64,000 nucleotides of DNA from the NCBI GenBank assembly GCA_964016885.1, contig CAXHJY010000246.1, positions 1 to 64,000 on the forward strand. The letters run 5' to 3'. A model generated the notes under the pieces. That model was given only the letters and a program-made list of their open reading frames with translations. It ran no database searches and was not told the origin of the DNA. The DNA comes from Eledone cirrhosa. Lineage: Eukaryota. Within the stretch, counting starts at the first letter, position 1; each line of letters opens with the position of its first letter. Position numbers and translations under genes: made by a program. Shown piece by piece: positions 14,539-28,918 of the stretch.

Positions 14539-17500
14539 ACCGCGAGTATTAATCAAATTCGTTTCATCACTTGTGTATAATCTGTAAAAGGGTAAGGGGT
14601 AGTGACGTCACAACTTATTTCAACAGTTGAGTAAACAGGAGCAATGTAAAAATAAAGTGTCTTGCTCAAGAACAATCTGTATAATTGTACCTATGCAGAA
14701 AATAAGTATTAAGGCATTAGTGCGCATGACAACAGATATATGGCAGTAAAACTGTGGAGTTGATTACATCGGTTTCACCCTTTTAACTTCTACTATCTCG
14801 ACTTGGACAGCACGCAAGTAGACCACGCCTAATTCCTACAACTAATAGGCCATACAATCTCTAATGATCTTTCCTGGCAACATCACAAATATAACAATAA
14901 AAACCAACATCCTGAAGACCAGCGTTCATCTTCAGAGTGAGGAATTAATTCAACTCTAGTCAGCTATCGACTGATTACAAAGCTCTAGTGAGACTCACAT
15001 TTCACTACTGCTCCAGCATGGGAGACGATACTGATATTACATACAGCCAAGAAAAGGTCATTCGACTGATAAACACATACTCACTCACCAACACAATACA
15101 ACCTATGTATCCCTGACACGCTCTCTTGTGAATCTGTCGATTTCATTGCTTCTAAAACAGCTCTTGTTTCTTTGAATTAACTTATAACAGACCTACTCGA
15201 CGCACACACGGTTCACCCATATCTCCCAGCACATTTCGAAGTTTATGATCTTTCATTGGTTAGCCTATCATTCTTTTGACCTCAATAATTTAGAGATATG
15301 AATCTGAATACTTCAGGTCGGGCGCTGTACTTTCTTCAGCAGTTTTTACCCTATATAACAATAGTTACGTTCTGCATACAAAGTAGCGAGAGTGGATGAC
15401 CTTAACTTTCTGAATTCAAATACGGAAAGGATCGACGTTGTTTTCATATTTCAAGAGCTGTTACAATTAGTACTAGATATATGCTGGAGTCGGTTCAATT
15501 GATTTAACATATTTGATCCACTTTTAACATATTTGATCTACTTTACATTTGTTATTCATGCCAATGTAAGAAGTCTACAAATTGTATTCTACGAACTCTT
15601 GGAAATATTTTTGTTTTGAGATTCATCTTTAAAAATCATATTACTCTGCATTCTGCAAAATTATTGGAAAATATAAGATTAATAATAATTCGTTCATTAT
15701 TTAATTTAACAATTCAAAGGTGCTAGACATTTAGTTCTTTGATAAAGTACCTTTCATATACTTAGAGTTTGTTGTTAATTCCATCAAATATTCTAAAGTA
15801 AATTGCATCAACCATATTGTATTGTTACCCAATATAGTCTGTAATACTTCACATTGTGTCTGCTTTAATGGAATTACATCAGAAGAGTCTGAATACAAAT
15901 ATTAAAAAAATAATTATTATTAATGATAAACAATAGAAACAAAAAATGTATAAATTAAATTAGTGAGTAGACAGATACAATTAAAACGATATTTCCCATC
16001 AGTAACTGCCAGAATGTCTTCACGGTGAATCAATAAAAATTCACTTATTCTGAAAAATATAACCCAGTCTTAAGAATTACGATTATACTAGCCTGTCTCA
16101 AAAGACTTTAAAGGAAATGAAATAATATTCACAAAAGCAAAAACAACAGTTGAAGCGTCTTATACAGTTCTGTTAAGTGCACAGTAATTTAGTCGGTTAT
16201 CTTGCTACATAGCATACGACAAGAGAAGTAGATTGCATATTAACATATCTATTTATAGAGTCTAGTATCCTATGGTTATGTATTCAATGATATATTAAAT
16301 AGGTGTTCTTCGTATCACCAGCACGCTATAATCACGTCTCCATCGACTCCATATTCCTGTGGTTTTCAAATGAATGACCGCGGAATTTTAAATCTATAAC
16401 TTATGGCTTTAGAGAATCTATACTAATGCTTGAGTGTCTTGAAAAACGTGTTCTTCGTATCTTTTATATGCACAAGTACTACTGATAACTAAAACATAGT
16501 TTGTTTGCTTTTTATTTTTGCAAGCAAGTAGTGCCAACAATTTTTATTTGACTTCTCGAGCATCAGGAAATCAAAACGTTTAAGAAATACTTCTATACTC
16601 TTCCATTTCACAACTATAATAGTTTCTTCACCCCTTTTAGAGTAAGCTGTGAACTACCCTTTCTCTTCTTTTCTCATAATTACAGCGTCCCATCTTTTTC
16701 AGACGCCGAATCAATCTTTAATATTCAGAATTCAACCTTCTAATACTTTCTCCTCGCCACCAATGTATTTCTTACGGGCATCAACCTTCAAAAATACATT
16801 CAGTTCAACAGTTTGACAAAGCTGTGTGAATTGCCTTTCTTCGTCAGACTAAATAGTAAACATTCAATATAATACCAGCATCACACCGCCAACAACTGCA
16901 ACTGGTCTAATCAGGCAACAAGTCTTGTTTTTAGTTAACATAAAATAAATATGATATTTATCTTCATGCAACAGTCACTGTTTCTATCAGCAGCATCAAC
17001 AGCATCAGTGTTGGACCAACGGTTGAACATGTAATTGCTAGACCTGTTACCAATAGCAACCAAATCACATTCATATTACAACTTTCCACCTTAAAAAAGG
17101 AAGGACATATTGGATAAAATAGGCTTAGATATACAATGTCTGAATCTAAGACGAGTATTCATTGTTGGAAAGTCTTCGATTTTAAGTATGCCTTTTTTAA
17201 GGCTAACTTACAACTAAATAACATTACAAGTAACATTATATATGAACTTGCTACAATTCAGGTTCCAGTGAAATGGTTGTTCCCACTATCAGTATGATTG
17301 GGAAATGTTTACGATGTTTATATTGGAAATGAGATAAATGAACCAAACAGGTAGTAATCTTTGTTTGATTAAGACAGAAGACATAGAGTTGCTCCTTGAA
17401 TTTATGGTGTCTGAAATTGTCATTTATTGTTCTTGGCTCACTACTATAGTTGGGAGCAATGCCAAATGTATTTTATCAGCCAATCAATATTTTATTTATC

Positions 17501-18544
17501 CAAATGGCAAGACTTCCGGCGAAATGTTTTTTTACTCTACTATAACCCTTGGGATGTAGTGTCATTCGTGTTGTTTTAATTTCTCCTTCCCCCAAAACAA
17601 GAGAGCTTTATTCCCTGTCAAAATGAAAGCAACGTTCTATTCATGGTATTGGCGACTGCCATAGAGCAAGATTTAAGGGAACATTTCTGTATCTATTATA
17701 TAGTTATTTGACTTCACAAATAATGTCCTTGATACAAACATGAATACCACCCCGTCATATTCTCTTGATTAGTAGAAACAGAAAATGCACTATGTTTTAC
17801 AAGGATTAATCAATGGTCATGTGTTTAAGAAACCAATCTATACAAATGTATATACCGTTCATCATTTTTATTTTTCCAGGTCCTATTAACTTAGTATCTG
17901 TAATAGACTGGAGCCGAAACAATCGATTCTTATAAATTTTAGAACTAACCAGTAATACATTATTTTCTTGCCAGATAAGTGTCAGTTTTTTAAACTAATG
18001 TATACATATTTATACACCTCTCCTTCACCAAATCTGTTCCATGTCGATCTACAATACACTTCTTCACTTCCACTAATACAACACAGATAAAAAGTTAAAT
18101 CAATGTTTTATTTGTTTTAGACAAAATTTGAACTAGAGCGAATCGGGTTTGTGCAGCAGTTTCGATTACCGATTTCATTTTATTTTCGCCTATCATATTC
18201 TTAAAGAAGTGATTGATATCATAACATTTAGTCTTTCTTTAATTACATAAAATATAAAAGTCTGTTCAAAAGAAACCGCGATTATATTCACTTAAAGTAA
18301 ACACGAAAGTATAGAGGTGTATGGTCTCGGTGAGCTTAATACTGTCTCAGTTTCCCTAATAAAGAAGTTATGAACTATCTCATTTCTCATCTACTAACAA
18401 ATCTCAGATTATAAACCTATATAAGAAATACAAAGGTTGTAGGATGATTACAGTAATGTATAAATTACATTTATATTTAGATAACATTTACGTTAAGATC
18501 TAGCTGCGTGAATGGCGATGTCTGTTTATTACATCTAAATATTG

Positions 18545-18760
18545 ATTTCTAATTTAGACACAGGAGCAACAAATTTGGAGCAAGAGCAAGATTGATTAAA
18601 TCAACCCCAGTGATTCACTGGTTCTTTATTTTATCGACTCCAGAAGGATGAAAGACAAAGTTGACCTCATTTGGGATTTGAACTCAGAATATAAAAAGCT
18701 AGAAAATATACTAGAAGGTCATTTGATCCGAGGTTGTATTAGTTCTACCAATTCACCACC
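18545..18760 (-). mobile_element. Diverged SINE copy
   Basis: ctttattttatcgactccagaaggatgaaagacaaagttgacctc...gatttgaactcaga matches the SINE core in reverse. Confidence 0.7.
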
Positions 18761-19159
18761 CTTATTACATCTAATATTCCAATGAGATCACATAAGTTTT
18801 TTCATACATAGTGGCTGTACGAACTGTGGCTCATAGACGCCAGGTCTTAAGCTAGGATCAAATCTAGTAACGTTATATAGTTGAGATATGAACTACTTGT
18901 AGTTGAGCCTATATTGAAATACCACTGACGTAGTGTAACGACTGAGCTGGGAGAAGATCAGCTTTGGGGGCCCTATTAACTGTTTTCCTGCAGGAATTGA
19001 ATTTGACAATGCAAATTAATGGAACACTTGGCAATGTTGTTGTTACCGCCGCCGATTATGTTTCGGTATTGTTTCTACACCCTAGTATTTCTTTATGACT
19101 ATTGGAAATTGATTAGATTGGACGGATAATTTCGTTCAATCGTCTGTCTCACTGTCCAA

Positions 19160-19161
19160 GA

Positions 19162-19205
<44 letters not shown>

Positions 19206-19209
19206 TTAT

Positions 19210-19265
<56 letters not shown>

Positions 19266-19266
19266 T
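19160..19266. repeat. (CTA)n microsatellite
   Basis: Direct inspection. Confidence 0.95.
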
Positions 19267-19708
19267 AGAAACTAAAGGGTGGAATGTGGTAGTGTCAGAC
19301 AATACACAGCCATAAACCATCTCATTCATGACAGACATCAGATGTTGTTCAGTCTTCTGATTCCTATCATTATAATTATTAATATGGTCGTCGTTATCAT
19401 CTTCATTGTATTATTGTGGTGGGGGGAGGGAGGGGGGGAATATGATGATTATGATGATTATGACGACGATGACGATGACGATGATGATGATGATGATGAT
19501 GATGATATGCTAAAACCTTAAAAATACTTCGATCCATTTTGAAACCTTCAAAACTATGTCTGTGGAGTTAAACTGTTATTTTCTTTCTCCTCTCTTTTCT
19601 TTTTATTCCCCCCTCTCTCTCTCTTTCTTCTGTCTAGCTCTATCTTTCTCTCCTCTATCTCTCTTTCTCTCTCCTCTCATGTCCTTCTATCTCTTTCTCT
19701 ATCCTCTC

Positions 19709-19790
<82 letters not shown>

Positions 19791-20361
19791 CATCATCATC
19801 AGATGTGTGTATCTGTGTGTACATCTGTCTATATGTATCTGTGAGTGTCGTTGTGTCAATCCCTGTCATACAACTATAACATCAAAGACATTCCAGCTAT
19901 GACATGTCCAGCCCGTCACCTTTCTTGTGTTATCTAAAGCAACATTGTTCTATGTATCCTTCCTTTTCGATAGATGCTAAAAGTGTTTCATGAAGAATTC
20001 GAATGCTGTGTCTAGCGAGTCATATGACCACATACAGACACCTTCGTTGGTTCGTATATAATGGCTACATCTTCTGTGATATATATATATGACTAACCAT
20101 GACATGATTGCACATATGTCTCCATTGCAACGTTTATTGCTCTTTGTGTAGGCTCCATATATTTCTAATATAGATACGACCAAGATGTTGTTTCAATCGA
20201 CGCGTGACTTTGTCTGACATTGACAGCCCATCATTGCCAGCCGCCTCTCAGTAATGGAAGGAGGCGCTATTTAAACACAAAACTCAAGGAAACGAAAGAA
20301 ATACGGCAAGTCATCTTCAGACAGACAAGACATCCCGTCAGACAGTCTGATGACTCTGCCA

Positions 20362-20421
20362 TTATGTATGTAGGTATGACTGTACGTATGTATGACTGTA
20401 TGTATGTATTATGTATGTCTG

Positions 20422-20455
<34 letters not shown>

Positions 20456-20611
20456 TGTGTGTATGTGTGTATGTGTGTGTATGCATGTATGTATGTATGT
20501 ATTATGTATGTATGTCTGTATATATGTATGTATGTATGTGTGTATGTGTGTGTGTGTATGCATGTATGTATGTTTGTATGTATGTATGTATTATGTATGT
20601 GTGTATGTATG

Positions 20612-20642
<31 letters not shown>

Positions 20643-21072
20643 TATGTATGTGTGTATGTATGTGCGTATGTATGTATTATGTATATATGAATGTATGTAT
20701 TATGTATGTATGTATTATGAATGTATGTATTATGATTGTATGTATTATGTATGCCTGTTTGTGTATGTGTATGTGTATGTATTATGTATGTATGTCTATG
20801 TCTGTGTATGTGTATGTATTATGTATGTCTGTGTATGTGTATGTGTATGTATGAATATATGCGTATGTGTGTATGTATGTATTCATTTACTAAGAGTTCA
20901 CTTAAGAACAGTATATACATTTTACTGGGGGGGTTGTCTGTGTGTGTGTGTACTGTGTGTGTGTGTGTATGTGTGTCTGTGTCTGTGTTTATGTGTGTGT
21001 GTGTCTGTGGGTGTGTGTTGTCTGTGTGTGTGTGTACTGTGTGTGTCTGTCTCTCTGTGTGTGTGTACTGTG
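20362..21072. repeat. (TATG)n/(TG)n degenerate microsatellite
   Basis: Direct inspection. Confidence 0.9.
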
Positions 21073-21900
21073 TTAAAAATAACTCTGCTCAAGTTTTTGA
21101 CATAAAAGAATTATACAATTCTCCTTACAACCATTGCTTCTGAGTTGTCTTTTACACTTGTAGTTTATTACTAATCTAATTTGTCACCAATAGGTCTGCT
21201 GCAGAAATTATTTCACTTCATTTGTAATTCATCAAATTCACCAACGTATTCTAAATTCCTACTATGATAAATAAATATACTATGATGAATCTAGCAATTG
21301 CTACAGACTATGGTTGAACATCTAAATATACGAGAAGTTAATGCCTAATGTTCATTATGTACTCATTGCTATTCAGACATTCACAGCTAATGAATGATGA
21401 TGTGTCTATAACATGCAGTCACGTGAAGAGAAAAAGACACAAAATAAAAATAGACACATGATAGAAAAGATAAGGAAAGAAGGAAAAATACAAAATGTCC
21501 GTCGGCTTTTGCTATCATGTTTTTGCCATAGTAAACGATTTGTTTCGCTTTTCGTCAGTCTGCCGGTCTGTCGGTTGTTATGACTAGCTTGGTCTTAAAA
21601 TGGAATGTTCAATATTGAACATGTCCACTATACTTGCTGAAATGTGCCAGCTCATCTACGATAGATGTCTGTTCAAACATTCAAGCTGCAATGGATGGCA
21701 AACAATACATTTTTCATACGTTGCTGCCTAATTTGACATTGTTTGTTATTTTCTTGTTCCTTTTTTGTTGGTCTTTCTTTGTGGTTTGTTGATTTAGACA
21801 ATATTTTTATAATGTTGGATTTTTATTATTCCGTTTAGTTTTTGAAAAAATGTTATTTCATGATGTATATGTATATTTGTCTGTGTGTGTGTGTATTTGT

Positions 21901-21983
<83 letters not shown>

Positions 21984-22269
21984 TGATATTTCTCTATATA
22001 TATTTTCATTCATTACAAATCCTTTAACGTCGTCTGTAGTCGACAGCAGTTTCACAATTCTTTAGATACAAATGACACACATGTAATATTATGTACAAGC
22101 TACAACAATTCAACCACAGCCTTTAGGCAATGGAACAGATATCTAAGATCTACAGAATCTCATTTGAATTCACCAAAATTATTCATAACCTTTTCAAATA
22201 ACTTCCTTTTGAAGAAATGTAAGAATGTCGGAAGTAATGATTTGAACAACCACCTGACATCAATTCTCA

Positions 22270-22625
22270 CTGGGGTTTTTTTTTCACATTTTAGCAAGGA
22301 TTGTCTGAGTTTTTCTTCACATTTTAGCAAGAATTTTCTGGGGTTTTCTTCACATTTTAGCAAGAATTTTCTGGGTTTTCTTCACATTTTAGCAAGGATT
22401 CTCTAGGTTTTTCTTCACATTTTAACAAGAATTTTCTGGGTTTTTCTGCGTTTTTCTTCACATTTTAGGAAGGATTCTCTGGATTTTTCTTCGCATTTTA
22501 GCAAGAATTTTCTGGGGTTTTCTTCACATTTTAGCAAGGATTCTCTGGGTTTTTCTTCACTTTTTAAAAAAAGATTTTCTGAGTTTTTCTTCAGTTTTTA
22601 ACAAGGATTTTCTGGGGTTTTCTTT
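22270..22625. repeat. ~32-33 bp minisatellite (ttttcttcacattttagcaagaattttctggg), about 10 units
   Basis: Repeated unit visible directly. Confidence 0.85.
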
Positions 22626-22744
22626 CTTCCTTTATAAAATATAAGGAATAATCGATTTTCGTCAAATCGGACCGAGGAAGCAATGTTTCCATTGGTCTTT
22701 CCAATTGGTAATACTATCTATCGGTCGCAACTCCATGTAGAAGA

Positions 22745-22862
22745 AGCAACGTGAAATAAAATGTCTTGCTCACGGACATAACGCATCGCCTGTTCCGGGA
22801 ATCGAACTCACAACCTCACGATTGTGAATCCAATTCTCTAACCACACAGCCACACGCCTTCT
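22745..22862 (-). mobile_element. tRNA-derived SINE head of a second family
   Basis: Minus strand ggcgtgTGGCTGTGTGGttagag...gaGTTCGATTCCcggaac...gagcaagacattttatttcacgttgc: A/B boxes followed by a non-tRNA body. Confidence 0.65.
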
Positions 22863-23025
22863 TAAAATATAATTGTCGTTAAATAATTCTATTCCATGAC
22901 ATTGTTGTTAGCGGATTAGATCTGTCCAATGTAAGGTGACAATTAATATTGACAATTCCCAGTTAAATTGAGACTACATCGCAACACGTCTCTTTCTCCC
23001 TTCTTTCCTCATCCCCTCTCTTGTT

Positions 23026-23091
<66 letters not shown>

Positions 23092-23121
23092 GTGTGTGCG
23101 TGTACTCTTATCTTCTGTCAC

Positions 23122-23264
23122 CAGATAAGTAAGATAATTGTTTCTACTTTTGGCACAAGGCCAGCAAATACCCAGTGTATTACTGGTACTTTATTTTATC
23201 GACCCCGTAAGGATGAAAGGCAAAGTTAACCTCGGCGGGATTTGAACTCAGATAAGTAAGATAA
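23122..23264 (-). mobile_element. 5'-truncated SINE with 16-bp TSD
   Basis: SINE core flanked by cagataagtaagataa at 23122-23137 and 23249-23264. Confidence 0.85.
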
Positions 23265-23549
23265 TACAGGTTAATGTCTACTACTATATCTGTTGAATAT
23301 CTGGTGATCATTTCATCAGTTTTTGGAGATTTCTACTTAGACACCAAAGTTTCGTTGTATCCACGAACGAAAGACAGCTCTTAAATGGACCAATTCCCCT
23401 TACTGTAAACAAATACAGCAGGGTAGGGCCAATTTACTGTTTTAAACAACAATATACTAATATTGGTGAGTGTTTCATTAATGTGATGGTACTGAGTTTA
23501 TTTCCTCCATTGGTGACATATGGTATTCACGAAGCTAACATAGATGTAG

Positions 23550-24287
23550 AGATACTAGTGGTTCGACAAGATACAAGTGGTACACCATGATACTAGTGGT
23601 TCGACAAGATACAAGTGGTACACCATGATACTAGTGGTACAACAAGGTACTAGTGGTACAACAAGATATTAGTGGTACAAGATACAAGTGGTACACCATG
23701 ATACTAGTGATACAACAAGATACTAGTGGTACAACAAGATACAAGTGGTACAACAAGGTACTAGTGGTACAACAAGATATTAGTGGTACAAGATACAAGT
23801 GGTACACCATGATACTAGTGGTACAACAAGATACTAGTGGTACAACAAGGTACTAGTGGTACAACAAGATATTAGTGGTACAAGATACAAGTGGTACACC
23901 ATGATACTAGTGATACAACAAGATACTAGTGGTACAACAAGATACTAGTGGTACAACAAGACACTAGTGGTACACCATGATACTAGTGGTACAACAAGAC
24001 ACTAGTGGTACAACAAGGTACTAGTGGTACAACAAGATACTAGTGGTACAACAAGGTACTAGTGGTACAACAAGGTACTAGTGGTACACCATGATACTAG
24101 TGGTACAACAAGACACTAGTGGTACAACAAGACACTAGTGGTACAACAAGACACTAGTGGTACAACAAGACACTAGTGGTACAACAAGACACTAGTGGTA
24201 CAACAAGACACTAGTGGTACAACAAGACACTAGTGGTACAACAAGACACTAGTGGTACAACAAGGTACTAGTGGTACAACAAGACAT
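23550..24287. repeat. 19-bp minisatellite (acactagtggtacaacaag and variants)
   Basis: Roughly 38 units; variant higher-order blocks at left, homogeneous units at right. Confidence 0.9.
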
Positions 24288-24966
24288 AATAGTTGCTGCG
24301 ACAAAAAAAAAGCACTAGAAATATCAACAGACAAGCATGACCATCAGTATTTCACTAAAGCTATCACCACACCATTAGAAATATTAATATACTACTAGTC
24401 ACTACTAATACAACCACAGCTAATACAATATCACTGCGTTTCCACATACTTAATATGCTCACACTAGAAGATATAGTAAGAAAATAGAGATAACTCATCA
24501 AATTACCAGGTATAGACACGTAAAAGTTAATATAAGCAGAAACTAAATAACATACTTATAAAGAAGTCGAAATTTTAAGAATATGCGTGTGTATAAAATA
24601 ATAGAGAGAGAGAGTGAAAGAGAGAGAGAGAGAGTGAGAGAGAGAGAGAGTGAAAGAGAGAGAGAGAGAGAAAGAGAGAGGGAGAGAGAGAGTAAGCCCA
24701 TGCGATATGTATTATATATAAAGAAACCACATAACTAATTCATATGTTCCACTAATGAAAGTTACGTTGGCAAGCCAAAGAAATATCTTAACTTTCCTTC
24801 CATCAACGTTTGCGATATTTGTCTCCGGCTTAATTGAAAACTTGTCTCCGATTCATAAAAATTCTCTTAGAGCAGCATTCTTAAAACTATTTTCATATTT
24901 CTTGTTCCTTTCAATTCCGTCTATTATATTATTACTCCTGCACCCATACATATATGCAACCACAAC

Positions 24967-25056
<90 letters not shown>

Positions 25057-25069
25057 TATGTGTGTGTAC

Positions 25070-25266
25070 GTAAGTGTTTGATCGCTAAGAGAAAGGAGTA
25101 CTCAATACCGAAGTAGAGTTTTAATTAATGCTAAAAAGTGAGTCTTGTTACTCTGGAGTTTCATCTGTTTATCACAGGGTCATCAGACAGGAACTGTTCT
25201 TGTCTGATGACCCTGTAATAAACAGATGAAACTCCAGAGTAACAAGACTCACTTTTTAGCTTTAAT
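25070..25266 (-). mobile_element. PLE-type hairpin remnant (palindrome 25130-25260) with tail
   Basis: 65-bp arms; hammerhead core; GAGTACT on minus at 25097-25103; related fragments at 25402-25505 and 52810-52915. Confidence 0.75.
25198..25247 (+). ncRNA. Type I hammerhead ribozyme motif
   Basis: tcttgt-CTGATGA-cc-ctgt(aataa)acag-at-GAAAC-tccaga-GTA-acaaga; perfect 6-bp stem I. Confidence 0.75.
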
Positions 25267-25275
25267 ATGTGTGTG

Positions 25276-25328
<53 letters not shown>

Positions 25329-25329
25329 G

Positions 25330-25403
<74 letters not shown>

Positions 25404-25542
25404 CCTTAGTTTTGACAATGACGGGAATGAGTACTCAATACCACAGTAGAGTTTATCGATGTATTAAATGTGATCCAGTAGCCTATTACTCTGAAGATTT
25501 TAATGTCTACTAAAGTTTGTTAAACCCTTGATAAATGTTTAC

Positions 25543-25684
25543 CTATCTGGGGAACTTGTAGCACACGGGGAAAACTCTACCTCCAGGCTCCTATATCCTA
25601 ATTCTAACACTCCTGTTGGGATGCAGATGCACCCTTTGTTAAATTTTAATTCTGGACACACAGTAGACATGATGCTCATACACT
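25543..25684 (-). other. Candidate internal exon (142 nt)
   Basis: Acceptor tttttatttAG, donor AG|GTAAAC, one open frame (CMSIMSTVCPELKFNKGCICIPTGVLELGYRSLEVEFSPCATSSPD); no recognisable homology. Confidence 0.25.
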
Positions 25685-25724
25685 CTAAATAAAAATGATT
25701 CATCGTGGTGTCACTCTTCTCTTC

Positions 25725-26395
25725 GTCTTTGCTCACTTATTCTTGAGAGGGTCATGGGAGGAGTGCCCTCAAACACGCCTTCTAGCGGATTCTGTCAGAA
25801 CCAACTGTCTCTAATTGATCCGGCTGAATCCCCAAGCGAGACCAGCCGATCTCATGGATGTTATCCAACCATCTTGCTCGGGGGTCTACACCCGAACCCG
25901 AGTCTCTTGCCAGTTGGTTTTGTTCCCAGTTCGGAGAAGTAGCAACTCTACTTGGAGCGATTCTCCGATCTTTGAGCTACGCATTCTATCGAGAAACGTT
26001 ACCCAAGAGACTCTGCAGAGGAGTTCCATTTCGGCCGTTTGTATTCGCGATCCTATTCCTTCTGTCATTACTCAACATTCATGACCATAGAAATTGAAGA
26101 TAGTCTGTTTGGCTTTTACACCTATCTCACTTCTTCTGATGACCGAATGTTGAAGCTAGAACATCACTGCACCAGCCGGTGCAGTTCTTCTACTTAATTC
26201 AGATTCCTGCTTTTCATCACTCGTGTAAAAATGGCCCCGAGATGATTGAACTTTTCCATCAGCTTCAGAGGAACTCCACATACATGTAGAGTGCATTGCG
26301 CATACTTTTTTGAGAGGACGGGTATCTCAGTCTTCGCAGCACTGATTCTCATCCCAGATGATCCATATACTACTTTATCCTAACTTCGACAACGC
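25725..26395 (-). mobile_element. Degenerate RTE-clade LINE 3' fragment
   Basis: MTEGIGSRIQTAEMELLCRVSWVTFLDRMRSSKIGESLQVELLLLR resembles the RTE post-RT region; homologous to 40305-40503. Confidence 0.75.
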
Positions 26396-26617
26396 CTATC
26401 TGATGATAGATACATACAAGTGTCTTTCTAGTGAGTCAATTGTTAAGAAAACTACATAGAGAAAATACATATTTTCCTTGCATACCTACATGCACATCAC
26501 ATATACATGCAAATAGTTTACTGATAATTTCTAACACCTATATTACAGATGTCCAACCTAGATATACCAAATATGTTATATCTTAAGGTTTTCAAGATAC
26601 ACCCATATATATATATC

Positions 26618-26692
<75 letters not shown>

Positions 26693-26962
26693 GGAAAAAA
26701 TGAAACGAAATTTCATTTCCCACTCTTAGTACGGCTGTTACTTAAATATAAGTATGTACATACTTTTATATATATATATATATATACATATATATACACA
26801 CATGCAAAAAATACCAATACTGAAAATTAAGTCTTTATATTTTTCTGACATGCTTCTACAAAGATAAACAAAATCAAACAAAATACAAAATACTTTGCCT
26901 GAATGTATGTTTGCCTGTATGTATGTTTGTATGTATGTATGTATGTATGTATGTATGTATGT

Positions 26963-27563
26963 CAGGTCACCAGTTGGTGCTACTGGTAACATGTATCCCA
27001 GTACAACCTGTCCCATGGTCGGGTCGTTGGCGACTAAACTGGCAACCCCACCAAGGTTTCTTGGTGAGGAGGGTGACTTTAGACATCCTGCAGGACTAAA
27101 AACAAAACCTGTCAAAGGGCAATGGAGCTCTTAAGAGTCAATGGCCATCCAAAATCACCGGGAGAGATGACCCCTTAGCCTTTGTCAAGGCAGAATTCTA
27201 GGAGAAGGAAAACTCTGATATAACACCTGCAATGGTATCCAATGATGTTGACTTGTTTTTCTTTTTGGTAACTATCATCTTGGTTAAGAGAGTGGGACTG
27301 GCTTTGTGCAGTGCCTTTGCTCACTATAAAAGCTTCATGGCACAGGCATTGCTTTATATCTGGAGATCTCTCTGCACTTGTCGTCACATGGTACCATGGG
27401 CCCAGCACTATGTGTCAATAATTGTCACAAGTGTAGTGTTTGTACCAGAGTTTTCAAGTCGCTGGCTGGACTAAAAAGCCCACACTCATTCAGCGCATCG
27501 GTAGGGGTTCTCCTACATGGATATAAAGTAGTGGCCGTAATCGAAAACGAGTTGGCAGCCACC
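26963..27563 (+). mobile_element. ~600-bp non-autonomous RTE-derived element, copy 1, in (TATG)n
   Basis: Near-identical to 33507-34112 and 51083-51690; 3' part encodes a C2H2-like CSVCTRVFKSLAGLKSH typical of RTE C-termini. Confidence 0.8.
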
Positions 27564-27931
27564 ATGTATGTATGTATGTATGCATGTATGTGTATGTGTG
27601 TATGTATGTATGTTCTTCTGCTTTTATAATTTCACAAATGTTTACCAATAGAGAGAGAGTCGGTTTCTAACATAGACACAAGACTCTCTCATTGGAATTT
27701 ACACAACATCAACTAGGTAGATTATGTATGTATGTCTGCATACATGCATGTGTAGATATAGATGTTATTGTATGTGTGGATGTGGATGTTTTGAGTTGTA
27801 TGTGTGCGTGTGGATACGCTTGGTTATCTGTACATGTGTATATGCAGTTATTAGATGCAAAATGTTTGGAATGTTTTACATATTTTTACTGTTCCATTAA
27901 TGGATTGTACTTGTAATTTCCTAACTATGTA

Positions 27932-27992
<61 letters not shown>

Positions 27993-28290
27993 TTATGTAT
28001 GTATATGCGTGATGTACATATATAATTCAATTCTTTCTTTCTCCGTGTACTTCGCTCCTTTCTCTTACTTTCTCTCTCCTCTTTCTCTCTCTCTCTCTCT
28101 CTCTCTCCTCTTACTCTCTTCCTCTCCTCTCTCCCTCTCTCTCTTCCTCTCTCTCTTTCTTCCTCCCTCACTTACTATCAACCTTCTCTCACCCAAATCC
28201 TCCTTCATACTTTCATACTTTCCTCTGCATATTAAAGACGTTTTTTTTCAATTTTCTCCTCTCCTTCGCTTGCTATGTCATCCTTCTGCG

Positions 28291-28376
<86 letters not shown>

Positions 28377-28556
28377 TTCTCTCTCTCTATTAGTTTCAAC
28401 CTAGCTAACTTGGTCCTTTGCAATTGGAACCCATGTATACTTGTATCGGGGTTCATCCCTCTCATAAGTCCAATTGTATTACACGGCTCGGAAAGATTCC
28501 CTTCTTTGAGCTATTTAATTGTAAAAGACTATTTTGAGTTTCTAACTCAATCTATG

Positions 28557-28630
<74 letters not shown>

Positions 28631-28823
28631 ATATATATATATACGTGTGTGCATATTTATATGTGTTTGTGTGTGTGCGCGTGTGTGTGTGTGCGTGTGT
28701 GTGAGTGTTTGTGCGTGTATATATGTATATATATATATGTGTGTATGTGTGTGTGTGTGAGTGTGTGTGGGTGTATACATGTATATATGTATATATATAT
28801 ATGTGTGTGTGTGTATATATGTA

Positions 28824-28867
<44 letters not shown>

Positions 28868-28869
<2 letters not shown>

Positions 28870-28918
28870 TGAGATTCTACAGGACTAGAACTGTTTCATT
28901 CATTAGAAATCATCAGGA

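Noticed and set aside
14860-15250. Possible old CR1/Jockey-like LINE remnant
   Set aside because: Only faint resemblance (cactactgctccagcatggg... region); too degenerate to support.
23550-24287. 19-bp array (and the 34-bp array at 50235) as CRISPR or coding repeats
   Set aside because: No spacers and frequent stop codons; ordinary minisatellites.
27025-27080. Twister ribozyme in the 600-bp element (TAA...GAGGAGGG)
   Set aside because: The central conserved GGTNNNAAGCCC-type segment is absent.
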